From Vulcanimicrobiota bacterium (GTDB lineage: Bacteria; Vulcanimicrobiota; Vulcanimicrobiia; Vulcanimicrobiales; Vulcanimicrobiaceae), in the NCBI GenBank assembly GCA_963795855.1, contig CAWCIZ010000001.1:384001-448000 (forward strand): a DNA stretch of 64,000 bases, given 5' to 3'. How positions within the stretch are numbered: position 1 is the stretch's first letter; each line of letters begins with the position of its first letter. Under the pieces are notes generated by a model, which was not told the origin of the DNA, made no database searches, and saw nothing but the letters and a program-made list of their open reading frames with translations. The translations under genes were made by a program, and so were the position numbers. Positions 1 to 8,355 of this stretch are shown piece by piece.

Positions 1-304
1 CGGGCGGCGCTCCCTGACGCAGGCGTAAGCCTTCCATCATCGCAACGTCCATGCCGTTCGCCGCTTCCGCATCTTGGTAACCCGGAGGGAACGCGAACAC
101 GAGCTGAACCATGCCGAGAATGCCGGTGTGATCTTCGGCGACGACGATGACGCGCCGTCCGGCCTGTTGTTCCGACAGCCATTTCATGATGCGCTGCGGC
201 CAAGTTTCGCGTTTGGGCTGCGGGCCGGTAATGACTTGCCCGCTGAGCAGACGCTGCGCGTCCGACTGCTGAGCGAAGCGCAGATAGATTTTGCTGGTCG
301 GCAC
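1..304 (-). CDS. Partial CDS, possible GNAT-fold acetyltransferase (runs off the window edge)
   Basis: Manual translation from GTG at 304 gives MPTSKIYLRFAQQSDAQRL...RRVIVVAEDHTGILGMVQLVF..., open to position 1. The pattern is GNAT-like; the family call is by eye only. Confidence 0.45.
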   Translation of the reverse strand, partial: MPTSKIYLRFAQQSDAQRLLSGQVITGPQPKRETWPQRIMKWLSEQQAGRRVIVVAEDHTGILGMVQLVFAFPPGYQDAEAANGMDVAMMEGLRLRQGAPP

Positions 305-394
305 ATCGGTTTGTTTGCCAAGTGGGGAGAAATGCACCTTTCCCCGCGGATCCTCCGGCAGTTATTCCGACGTTCGATGGCAAATCGCGGGCGA

Positions 395-742
395 ATGTCG
401 CTTCGCACTGCGGTCGCCTTGCTGGCCTTGCTCGCGTCGGCCTATGCCCTCGCGGATTGCAGCCGGCACGCTTCGCGCTCGCCATCGCCCGTTGCGAGCG
501 TCGCCGGCGCAAACCTCGTTCGAGGCAAAGCGGTTTACGAGCTGCAATGCGCGGCGTGCCACGGCGAACGCGGCGTGCACGGTCCGGTCGGGCCGCCGCT
601 GCGCAACGAAGCGCTTCACAAACGGTATCGGCAGGTGTACGCGATCGTGGCCGATCCCGCGCCGCCGATGCCCAAACTCTATCCCAGCCGCATGAGTGAA
701 AGCGACGTGCGCGACGTAAGCGCGTACGTGGAGTCGCTCTGA
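395..742 (+). CDS. Exported monoheme cytochrome c
   Basis: Signal peptide MSLRTAVALLALLASAYA, CAACH heme motif, distal 'PPMP' Met ligand, and C-terminal 'DVRDVSAYV'. Confidence 0.85.
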   Translation: MSLRTAVALLALLASAYALADCSRHASRSPSPVASVAGANLVRGKAVYELQCAACHGERGVHGPVGPPLRNEALHKRYRQVYAIVADPAPPMPKLYPSRMSESDVRDVSAYVESL

Positions 743-2184
743 TGGCGATTGCGATTCACCGGTTTGCGCGCGATTTGCGCCTGGACGAACACGCGGCTCT
801 CGCGGCCGCCGCATCGCATGGCGAAGTGCTTCCGGTGCTGATTGTGGATCGCTCGCTGCAAACGCGGCTCTCCGCGTCGCCGCGGCGCGCCGCATTCTTT
901 TGCGGCGCCGTTGCATCGCTCGACGCCGCGCTGCGGGAACGCCGAGCGAAACTCATCGTGCGGCGCGGCAGCACGGGACGGATTCTACGCAAACTGGCGC
1001 GGGCGTGCGGTGCGCACGCCGTAACGTGGAGCGCGAGTTTCGATCGCGCCGGTATGGAAGCGGATCAGCGGCTCCAGTCGGAATTGGAAGAGCACGGGCT
1101 GCGCGCGTTGTCCGTTCCGGACGCCACGGCGCTCTCGCCCGAGGAAACGACGGCGGCGCGTCCGTCCGCGGGTGACGGTTACCGTGCGTTCGTGCCGTAT
1201 CACGAGCTGTGGCGCTCGCTGGAACCGCCGTCGTACGAAGTGCCGTTGCTGCTCTCGTTCGCGCGAAGCGAGGTGGAAAGCGAGCCGCTTCCGCAGCCGT
1301 CGGAATTCGGCAGCAGCGTTTGCGCGATCGCCGCCGGCGCGATGCAGGCGGCGAATCGGCTCGATACGTTTCTGCGCGGCGACGCGCTGCAGTACGCGTT
1401 CGCGATGAACGTCCCCGCGGACGATCGCACCTCGCATCTCGCGGCCGACCTTTCGTTCGGAACGATTGCCGCGCGCACCGTCGCGCGGGAAGCGCGTAAG
1501 CGCCTCGACGATCCGTTTCTGCTCGCGGAAGAGCGGAATTCGCTCAAGCTGTTTCTGCGATCGATCGCGATGCGCGATTTCTTTTTGCAGCTGTCCTGGT
1601 ACAACCCGCATACGGACGGCGCGCCGCTGCAGGAGAAGATGCGCGATTTTCCGTTCGCGCGGAACCACGCGTCACTGCAAGCGTGGCGTGAAGGGCGAAC
1701 GGGCTATCCGCTCATCGATGCGGGGATCCGGCAATTGCGCGAGACCGGTTGGATGCACCCGCGCGTGCGGTCCATCGCCGCGTCGTTCTTGTGCTTCGAT
1801 CTCGGCGTCGATTGGCGCGCCGGACTCGAAGAATGGGATCGGCATCTGATTGAAGACGATCTCGCGCTGGCCGTAGGAAACTGGCAATGGGTCGCGGGCG
1901 TCGGTGCCGACCTGGCCGCATATCCGCGCATCTACAATCCGCAGAAGCAGGCACGTCGATTCGACCCCGACGGCGTGTACGTGCGCGCGTGGATCGACGA
2001 ACTCGCGCACTTGCCGGCCGCCGCGATCGGCGCGGTGAGAACCGCGAGCGCGCAAATCGAGCTGCCGCTCTACAGCGGGCAGCCCTATCCGCAACCGGTT
2101 GTCGACCACGAACGCGCGGCGCGCGAATTCTTGGCGAAGTATCAGACGTTCATGCAGGCATCCGATCGTCCAGCCAGTCGCTGA
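742..2184 (+). CDS. DNA photolyase/cryptochrome family flavoprotein (divergent)
   Basis: N-terminal RDLRLDEH, GRTGYPLIDAGIRQLRETGWMH, GNWQW, FDPDGVYVRAW and YPQPVVDH motifs. TGATG overlap with the cytochrome c gene. Confidence 0.9.
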   Translation: MAIAIHRFARDLRLDEHAALAAAASHGEVLPVLIVDRSLQTRLSASPRRAAFFCGAVASLDAALRERRAKLIVRRGSTGRILRKLARACGAHAVTWSASFDRAGMEADQRLQSELEEHGLRALSVPDATALSPEETTAARPSAGDGYRAFVPYHELWRSLEPPSYEVPLLLSFARSEVESEPLPQPSEFGSSVCAIAAGAMQAANRLDTFLRGDALQYAFAMNVPADDRTSHLAADLSFGTIAARTVAREARKRLDDPFLLAEERNSLKLFLRSIAMRDFFLQLSWYNPHTDGAPLQEKMRDFPFARNHASLQAWREGRTGYPLIDAGIRQLRETGWMHPRVRSIAASFLCFDLGVDWRAGLEEWDRHLIEDDLALAVGNWQWVAGVGADLAAYPRIYNPQKQARRFDPDGVYVRAWIDELAHLPAAAIGAVRTASAQIELPLYSGQPYPQPVVDHERAAREFLAKYQTFMQASDRPASR

Positions 2185-2740
2185 TGATCGGAACGCGCAC
2201 GTCGTCGCCGTGCCACGCTTTGATTCCGTAGTAAACGCTCATCACGATGAAGACCGGCAGCACGAACGCGAGCATCAAACCGGCGCTTAGTCCGAGCAGC
2301 GGAATGCCCGCGAGCAGCATCAGCACGCCGTAAAGCGCGGCCATGCCCACGTTGAAGCCGAGCGCCTGATATGCGTGGCGCCGCAGACGGCGGGATTGCT
2401 TGCGATCGAAGAGCGAGAGCAGCGCGAGCGGCCAAAGCGGATAGCCCAGCGCGACGAGTGCTCGCGATTCGACGGGATCGTCCGCTTCCGCTACGGTCGC
2501 GCGAGCCTGCGGTGCCGGCTGCTGGGTTTGCTGCGGACCGGCCTGCCACCACTGCTGCCGGGGACGCGGTGGAACCTCGCCCGCCACCGCTTTCTTGGTC
2601 GCGCCCGCCGCTTCCATCTTCGCCGCTAAACGACAGCTGGGGCAGGTACCGGCGTTGTCCCGGCACGTCGCGCAAATCGGTTTGCCGCAGTCGGTGCATG
2701 CGGAGACGGACGGAACGTTTGAATGAAAGTAGCAATCCAC
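2150..2740 (-). CDS. B-box-like zinc-finger membrane protein (DUF4870-like C-terminus)
   Basis: GTG start at 2740 with a GGAG RBS. CxxH..CxxCxxxxCxxC..CxxC cluster followed by three hydrophobic segments with 'HAYQAL' and 'RVPII'. Confidence 0.6.
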   Translation of the reverse strand: MDCYFHSNVPSVSACTDCGKPICATCRDNAGTCPSCRLAAKMEAAGATKKAVAGEVPPRPRQQWWQAGPQQTQQPAPQARATVAEADDPVESRALVALGYPLWPLALLSLFDRKQSRRLRRHAYQALGFNVGMAALYGVLMLLAGIPLLGLSAGLMLAFVLPVFIVMSVYYGIKAWHGDDVRVPIISDWLDDRMPA

Positions 2741-2826
2741 GTTGTTTCTCCCGGTTGGCCTTCTCTCCAATGTACCGGAAAGGCGCCGAGAGGTTTCAGG
2801 GCGCTGCGGCGGCAAGGCAATCGCCG

Positions 2827-4563
2827 ATGACCGCCCGAGGAATTCTCGCGCGCCTCGCGCGCGATGCGCGTCCTTACTCCGCGACGCTGGCAATCGCCAT
2901 CGCTCTCGGCACGGTCGCCGGCCTCTCGAATTTGGTTGGGCCGTGGGGGTTCAACCAAATCATCAACCGCGTCATCACCGCGAAGCATCCGGATCTGCAC
3001 GTGCTCTACGTTGCGCTCTTTGCGATCTTCTGCGCGATGATTCTGGGTGCCATCGCCACCTACGGGCAGTCCTATTTGATGGCCTGGAGCGGGCAGCACC
3101 TAATCGCGCAGATGCGCGCACGCTTGTTCGAACGCATCCTGCGCTTGCCGCTCGGAGAGTTCGCGAAGTGGCGGCCCGGCGATCTCATCGCACGTTTCAA
3201 CAGCGACCTGCAGATCATGACGGACGCCGTCACCATCTCGCTGCCGCAGCTGCTCACCAACACGGTGACGTTCGTTTCGTCATTCGTGCTGATGGTGTAT
3301 ATGGATTGGCTGCTGACGTGTTCGCTGATCGTCGTCGCGCCGATCGTTTCGTTCGCGGTTTCGCGCTTTCAGCGGCTGATCTCCACCAACACGACGCGTT
3401 CGCAGCAGCGCATCGCCGATCTCTCCTCAACGCTGACGGAAGCGCTCACGGGCCAGCGGATCATCAAAGCATTCGGGCGCGAAAGTTACGAAGCGGAGCG
3501 GTTCGGACGGCGCAACGATGAGTATTTCGGCGTCTACATGAAACTCACGCAGTTCATCCAGACGCAGCCGCTCGTGCTTTCCGTCCTGATGACGACCGCG
3601 GTGGTGGGCATCATCTGGCTCTCGACGCGCGAGGTGGTGGTCGGGCGGCTCAACGTCGGCGAACTCTTTCAGTATTGGGCGCTGCTCGCGAATCTGATCA
3701 ATCCGATGAATCGCTTCGCTGCGTTCGTCGGAGACTTGAGTAAGGCGGTCGTCGGCGCGGGACGCGTCTACGAAGTGCTGGACCTCCCCGTGGAACGCGC
3801 CGACAAACCCGGCGCGCTGCCGCTCCAGAACGTGCGGGGGCGGATCGTGTTCGAAGACGTCCGTTTCGCGTACTCAGCGAACGAGCCGCCCGTCCTCGAC
3901 CAGTTCAGCGCCGAAATCGAAGCGGGCGAGATCGTCGCGCTGGTGGGACCGTCCGGCGCGGGCAAGACGACGATCGTCAATCTCGTGCCGCGCTTCTACG
4001 AGCCGCAAAACGGACGCATCACGATCGACGGCGTCGATTTGGCGCAGGCGCGGCTAGCAGATCTGCGCGCGTCGATCGGCATCGTCCCGCAAGAAGCGCA
4101 GCTGTTCCGTGGCACCATTCAGGACAACATTCGGTACGGCCGGCTCGAGGCTACCGACGAAGAGGTCCGCAGCGCCGCGCGGGAAGCGAACGCCGAGGAA
4201 TTCATCCTCGGTTTTCCGGACGGGTACGGCACCGAAGTCGGCGAACGCGGGATGCGCCTTTCCGGCGGCCAGCGTCAGCGTATCGCCATCGCGCGCGCGA
4301 TCTTACGCGATCCGCGCATCCTGATTCTGGACGAGGCGACGAGCGCGCTGGACAGCCATTCGGAAGCGCTCATCGAGCAGGCCCTCGACCGGCTCCTGCC
4401 GGGGCGCACCACCCTCATCATCGCGCACCGGCTCTCGACGATCCGCAGGGCGCACACCATCCTCTATATTGAAGCGGGGCGCGTGGTCGAGATGGGATCG
4501 CACGAGTCGCTGCTGGCCAAGGGCGGCGCGTACGCGCGCCTGCACGCGACGCAGTTCGCTTAA
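2827..4563 (+). CDS. ABC exporter, fused permease/ATPase (MsbA-like)
   Basis: Transmembrane region followed by GPSGAGKT, LSGGQRQR, ILDEATSALD and IAHRLST. Confidence 0.92.
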   Translation: MTARGILARLARDARPYSATLAIAIALGTVAGLSNLVGPWGFNQIINRVITAKHPDLHVLYVALFAIFCAMILGAIATYGQSYLMAWSGQHLIAQMRARLFERILRLPLGEFAKWRPGDLIARFNSDLQIMTDAVTISLPQLLTNTVTFVSSFVLMVYMDWLLTCSLIVVAPIVSFAVSRFQRLISTNTTRSQQRIADLSSTLTEALTGQRIIKAFGRESYEAERFGRRNDEYFGVYMKLTQFIQTQPLVLSVLMTTAVVGIIWLSTREVVVGRLNVGELFQYWALLANLINPMNRFAAFVGDLSKAVVGAGRVYEVLDLPVERADKPGALPLQNVRGRIVFEDVRFAYSANEPPVLDQFSAEIEAGEIVALVGPSGAGKTTIVNLVPRFYEPQNGRITIDGVDLAQARLADLRASIGIVPQEAQLFRGTIQDNIRYGRLEATDEEVRSAAREANAEEFILGFPDGYGTEVGERGMRLSGGQRQRIAIARAILRDPRILILDEATSALDSHSEALIEQALDRLLPGRTTLIIAHRLSTIRRAHTILYIEAGRVVEMGSHESLLAKGGAYARLHATQFA

Positions 4564-4587
4564 GAAGCGGCCGCTCGCGGCCGATAG
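4561..4587 (+). promoter_or_regulatory. Sigma28 (FliA/SigD)-type promoter for flgB
   Basis: TAAG-N15-GCCGATAG immediately upstream of flgB. Confidence 0.75.
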
Positions 4588-4593
4588 TCTAGG

Positions 4594-5031
4594 GTGATGA
4601 GCGACATCAACGCCGTCTCCTTCGGTCAAACGGTCGACACGCTGAACAATGCGATCGCCGGCTCCGATCTGCAGCAAACGGCCATCGCGCAGAACATCGC
4701 CAACGTGAACACGCCCGGATATTTGCGGCAAAGCGTTTCGTTCAAGGACGCCCTGGCCGCGGCAGAAGGCGATTCGACCGGCGACGATTTAGGCATGGCG
4801 ACCGACAGCGACCGGCAGTTCGCGCTGGGTTCGCAAGCCGCGCCGCAGCCGTTCGACCCGCAAGTGCAAGTGGACGCGACGGACAAGATGCGCGTGGACG
4901 GCAGCAACGTCGACGTCGATCAAGAGTCGGCCGAACTGGCGCAAAACTCCGGCTATTCGCAGACGATGTCGCAGCTGCTGCAAGTGCAATTCATGCGCCT
5001 GCGTGAAGCGATCACGGAGCAACCGCGATAG
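4594..5031 (+). CDS. flgB: Flagellar basal-body rod protein FlgB
   Basis: IAQNIANVNTPGY and DGSNVDVDQE motifs; first gene of flgBC-fliE. Confidence 0.92.
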   Translation: MMSDINAVSFGQTVDTLNNAIAGSDLQQTAIAQNIANVNTPGYLRQSVSFKDALAAAEGDSTGDDLGMATDSDRQFALGSQAAPQPFDPQVQVDATDKMRVDGSNVDVDQESAELAQNSGYSQTMSQLLQVQFMRLREAITEQPR

Positions 5032-5475
5032 ATGGGGTTCTACAACTCGGTCGAGATTAGCGCGTCCGGCCTCTCCGCCGAACGCCTCGCCATGGACGTC
5101 ATCGCGAACAACATTGCCAACGCGAATACAACGCACACGCCGGGCGGCGGCGCGTTCAAACGCCAACTAGTCGTGTTCGGACAGAAATCCGGCGTCGCCG
5201 GCGAAACCGCCGACGGCGACGGCGCGACGGCCAACGGCGGGCAAGACGGCGTGCAGGTTCTGGGCATCGTACAAGATCAGACGCCCGACCGCCTCGTCTT
5301 CGATCCGAGCAATCCCGATGCGGACGCGCGCGGATACGTGCACTATCCGAACATTTCGGTCGTCAAGGAAATGGTCGACATGATGGCCGCCTCGCGCGCA
5401 TATGAAGCGAACGTTTCGGCAATGCAGGAAGCGCGCAACATGACCAACGCCGCGCTCAGAATCCTCCAGTCGTAA
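5032..5475 (+). CDS. flgC: Flagellar basal-body rod protein FlgC
   Basis: ISASGLSAER..IANNIANANTT, FDPSNPDA, EMVDMMAASRAYEANV. Confidence 0.96.
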   Translation: MGFYNSVEISASGLSAERLAMDVIANNIANANTTHTPGGGAFKRQLVVFGQKSGVAGETADGDGATANGGQDGVQVLGIVQDQTPDRLVFDPSNPDADARGYVHYPNISVVKEMVDMMAASRAYEANVSAMQEARNMTNAALRILQS

Positions 5476-5485
5476 AGGGGAATCC

Positions 5486-5830
5486 GTGGATATCAATTCG
5501 TCGTACGACGCAGCAATGCGCAGCGCCATTCCGGGCACCTTCGTGCCCGACATCGGCAGCGGAAACGACGTCAAAACCGAGGCGATTCCGGGCGGCGCCG
5601 CAGTCGGCGCTCCATCGTTCAAGGATACCGTCAAGTCGTTCTTGTCGGACGTGAACGACAAGGTAACCTCGTCGGATCAGCTCTCGCGCGATTTGGCCAG
5701 CGGCCGCACGAACGACGTCAGCAAAGTGGTCACGTCGGTGGAAGAAGCGAATTTGGCCATGCAGTTCACGCTCGCGATCCGCAACAAACTGCTGGACGCG
5801 TACACGCAAGTCTCACAAATGCAGGTCTGA
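5486..5830 (+). CDS. fliE: Flagellar hook-basal body protein FliE
   Basis: C-terminal IRNKLLDAYTQVSQMQV. Confidence 0.93.
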   Translation: MDINSSYDAAMRSAIPGTFVPDIGSGNDVKTEAIPGGAAVGAPSFKDTVKSFLSDVNDKVTSSDQLSRDLASGRTNDVSKVVTSVEEANLAMQFTLAIRNKLLDAYTQVSQMQV

Positions 5831-5885
5831 CCCCTTCCCGGCGCCTATGAAGTAACGCGCCGGTGAAAGGGGTACGAGACCAAGC

Positions 5886-7458
5886 GTGTTACTTGAGCGC
5901 CCGATGCGGGCCGAGCATGGAGAGGTCCGGACCCAGGCGCAGGGGCGCGTCCTGGCGCGCTACATCCCTTGGATCGCAGCCGGCTTAACGCTGGCCCTGC
6001 ACGTAGGAGGCAACCCGCACTACGGGTTCTTCCGCGACGAGATCTACTTCATCATCTGCGGCTTTCGTCCGGACGTCGGTTACGTCGATCAGCCCTCGCT
6101 CGTTCCGCTGCTCGCCGCGTTCTCGCAAGGATTCGGGGTCTCGCTCTTCGCGCTGCGCGTCATGCCCGCAATCTTTGCAGCGCTCACGACGTTCGTCGCG
6201 GCGCGGCTTGCAATCGAGTTCGGCGGCGGCCGCTTCGCCATCATCATCGCGGCGCTCGTGACGACGTTCGCACCGGAGATGCTGGCGTTCGGATCGCGCC
6301 TTTCGCCCGACACGATCGAAATGGCGGTTTGGCCTTTGATGGCGCTGGTCGCGTACCGCATCGTGCGCGGCGGAGACGAGCGATTGTGGCTGCTCTTCGG
6401 GCTGCTCACGGCGTTCGGCTGGTGGAGTAAGTACAGCGTCGCATTTTTCGCGGCGGCGCTCGTGATCGGACTGCTGCTCACCCCGCAGCGCCGCGTCTTG
6501 CGTACGCCATGGTTCGGCGTATGGACTTGCGTTGTGCGCGCTCCTGATCGCTCCGAACGTTTGGTGGCAATGGCACTACGATTTCCCGATGCTGCAGCTG
6601 CTGCACAACGACTACGACAAGTTCATGCTCAAATGGCCGCCGTTCCCGCTGCAGCAAATCATGGTGATGAGCCCGCTGCTCTCCATCGTTTGGCTGATCG
6701 GCCTCGGATGGCTGTTCGCCAATGTGCGCACGCGGTTTCTGGCATACGCATACGCGGCGTTGATCGCAATGATGTGGGCCGGCGATGCTAAGGCGTATTA
6801 CCCTGCACCGGTTTATGCGTATCTGATCGCGGCGGGCGCCGTGCCGATCGAGCGCTGGACCGGCATCCGGCACGGATGGCGCGCGGCAATCGTCGCCGTG
6901 GTTATCGCGTTCGCAATTCCGTCCACGCCGTTCGTGCTGCCGATCGTGCCTATGACCACATACATAAAATATCAAGTGGTGCTCGGCAATCTCTTCCATA
7001 TCAATTTTCACGTCGGCGACGCCGGCAATGCGACGCCGATTCAGTACTACGCCGACATGACCGGCTGGCCGCAGCTCGAACAGCGAGTCGCGGACGTTTA
7101 CCGCGGTTTACCGCCGTCCGAACGCGCCGGCGCCGCGATCTACGCGCACAACTTCGGTGAGGCTGCGGCGATCGATCTGTACGGCGCCGCCGAGAAACTT
7201 CCGCCCGCGCTGAGCGGCAACAACAACTACTGGCTTTGGGGCACGCATGGGTACACCGGCGCCGTCGTAATCGACGTCAACGGGCGCGAACTGCTGCCGT
7301 ACTACCGTTCCGTGCAAAGCGTCGGCACATTCTACAACCCGCTGGCGATGCCGTACGAAAACAATCTCCCGATCTGGATCCTGCGCGACCCGAAAGTCCC
7401 GCTTTCTGCAATCTGGCCCCATCTCAAGAACTATTCCTACGCTTTCGGCGGCCTGTGA
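5886..7458 (+). CDS. GT-C (ArnT/PMT, GT39-like) membrane glycosyltransferase, split by one frameshift near 6522
   Basis: YGFFRDEIY..GYVDQP and WSKY in the first ORF; continues as LLIAPNVWWQ..KAYY..NFGEAAA..LSGNNNYWLWG in the 6532 frame. Confidence 0.8.
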
Positions 7459-7470
7459 TGTGCGCTCGTA

Positions 7471-7697
7471 TGCCGTCGCGTGCGGGTGGGCAGGCGACAT
7501 GTTGAGGCGGGAACATGGCCCGATCGACCTCCTGTCGAGCGGGCCATTCAGGACATCCGGATTTTTTCGAAAACAAGTTTTGTAACGGACCTCCTGTCCG
7601 GCGAAAAAATCCGGAACGTCCCGCCTCAACACGCCGCCCGCCCACCCGCACGCTGCGGCACACTCGCTTGGTGGTGAAGCGCAGAAACGTTCCGAAC
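7471..7697 (-). ncRNA. Candidate structured sRNA, copy A (two AGGAG hairpin loops; CsrA-sponge-like)
   Basis: Nested stems 7478-7491/7640-7653 (14 bp), 7500-7512/7619-7631 (13 bp) and 7556-7569/7602-7615 (14 bp). Hairpins 7515-7547 and 7586-7600 have loops reading AGGAG on the minus strand. Ends are approximate. Confidence 0.6.
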
Positions 7698-7704
7698 CCT
7701 CTTG

Positions 7705-7731
7705 TAGTCGGCTTGTCACGCGTTGCACTTG
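7705..7731 (-). promoter_or_regulatory. Sigma28-like promoter pointing into sRNA copy A
   Basis: Minus strand reads CAAG-N15-GCCGACTA. Confidence 0.5.
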
Positions 7732-7848
7732 CTCGCGGGTTTTCTTCATTGTTTTTGCTCTCCGCTCTAACCGCGCTCATTCAAAAAAAGACGTCTCCGT
7801 AGTGATTGCGCGTTCGGCCATTCTTCATTTTGCAGGCTCCGTTATTTG

Positions 7849-7876
7849 TAAATTTTCTTGAACGGAACATCGATCG
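7849..7876 (+). promoter_or_regulatory. Weak sigma28-like promoter pointing into sRNA copy B
   Basis: TAAA-N16-ATCGATCG; only the CGAT core of the -10 matches. Confidence 0.3.
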
Positions 7877-7882
7877 GCATGT

Positions 7883-8170
7883 GGGCACCGCTTGGCGTGG
7901 GGCGCACGTCTCGAGTCGCAGCGGTTGAACGGCGCGGCCTCGCTTTCGTAGCGAGCGCGACGTCCGACGTGGGAGGGATGACCGGGCGCTGCGGGACGTT
8001 CCGGATTTTCGGCCCAGCCAGGACGGCTGTTTCAAATCTTTGATTTGCCGAAAATCCGGATGTCCTGAATGACGCGCTCGACAGGACGTCGATCGCGGCA
8101 TGCTCCCGCAGCGCTCGGTCATCCGTCTCACGCCGAGACGAAACCGCTGCGTTAGCCCCCGCGCCCCATC
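7883..8170 (+). ncRNA. Candidate structured sRNA, copy B (two AGGAC hairpin loops; CsrA-sponge-like)
   Basis: Stems 7917-7926/8142-8151, 7976-7996/8104-8124 (one G-U pair) and 8000-8013/8047-8060 (14 bp). Hairpins cagcc-AGGAC-ggctg (8015-8029) and tcgac-AGGAC-gtcga (8078-8092). Inverted homologue of copy A. Ends are approximate. Confidence 0.6.
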
Positions 8171-8201
8171 GACGCAGCACCCCAGCCGCGGGCGAGAAGG
8201 C

Positions 8202-8228
8202 TAAAGTCAAGCAACCACATGCCGATAG
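8202..8228 (+). promoter_or_regulatory. Sigma28-type promoter for the flgF-flgG operon
   Basis: TAAA-N15-GCCGATAG, near-perfect consensus. Confidence 0.85.
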
Positions 8229-8355
8229 ATTGAAGTGAACGCGGCTGGACTGCCTCTCGCACGGGCGGGAGCCGCGGCGGAACCTGATTGATTGACGGTT
8301 TCGCGGTGCGCGGCGGATGCGCCGAGTACGACCCGATCGTGCGGAGGTTTTACTT

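Noticed and set aside
7424..8210. Short ORFs (7480-7677, 7515-7802, 7781-8131, 7842-8210) with mutually similar peptides
   Set aside because: The similarity comes from the inverted nucleotide repeat, and the differences preserve base pairing rather than codons. No RBS or known protein motif supports them.
7471..8340. c-di-GMP or other known riboswitch upstream of flgF
   Set aside because: By eye I could not find the GEMM-I GNRA-tetraloop/receptor signature or another aptamer consensus; an Rfam scan would settle it.
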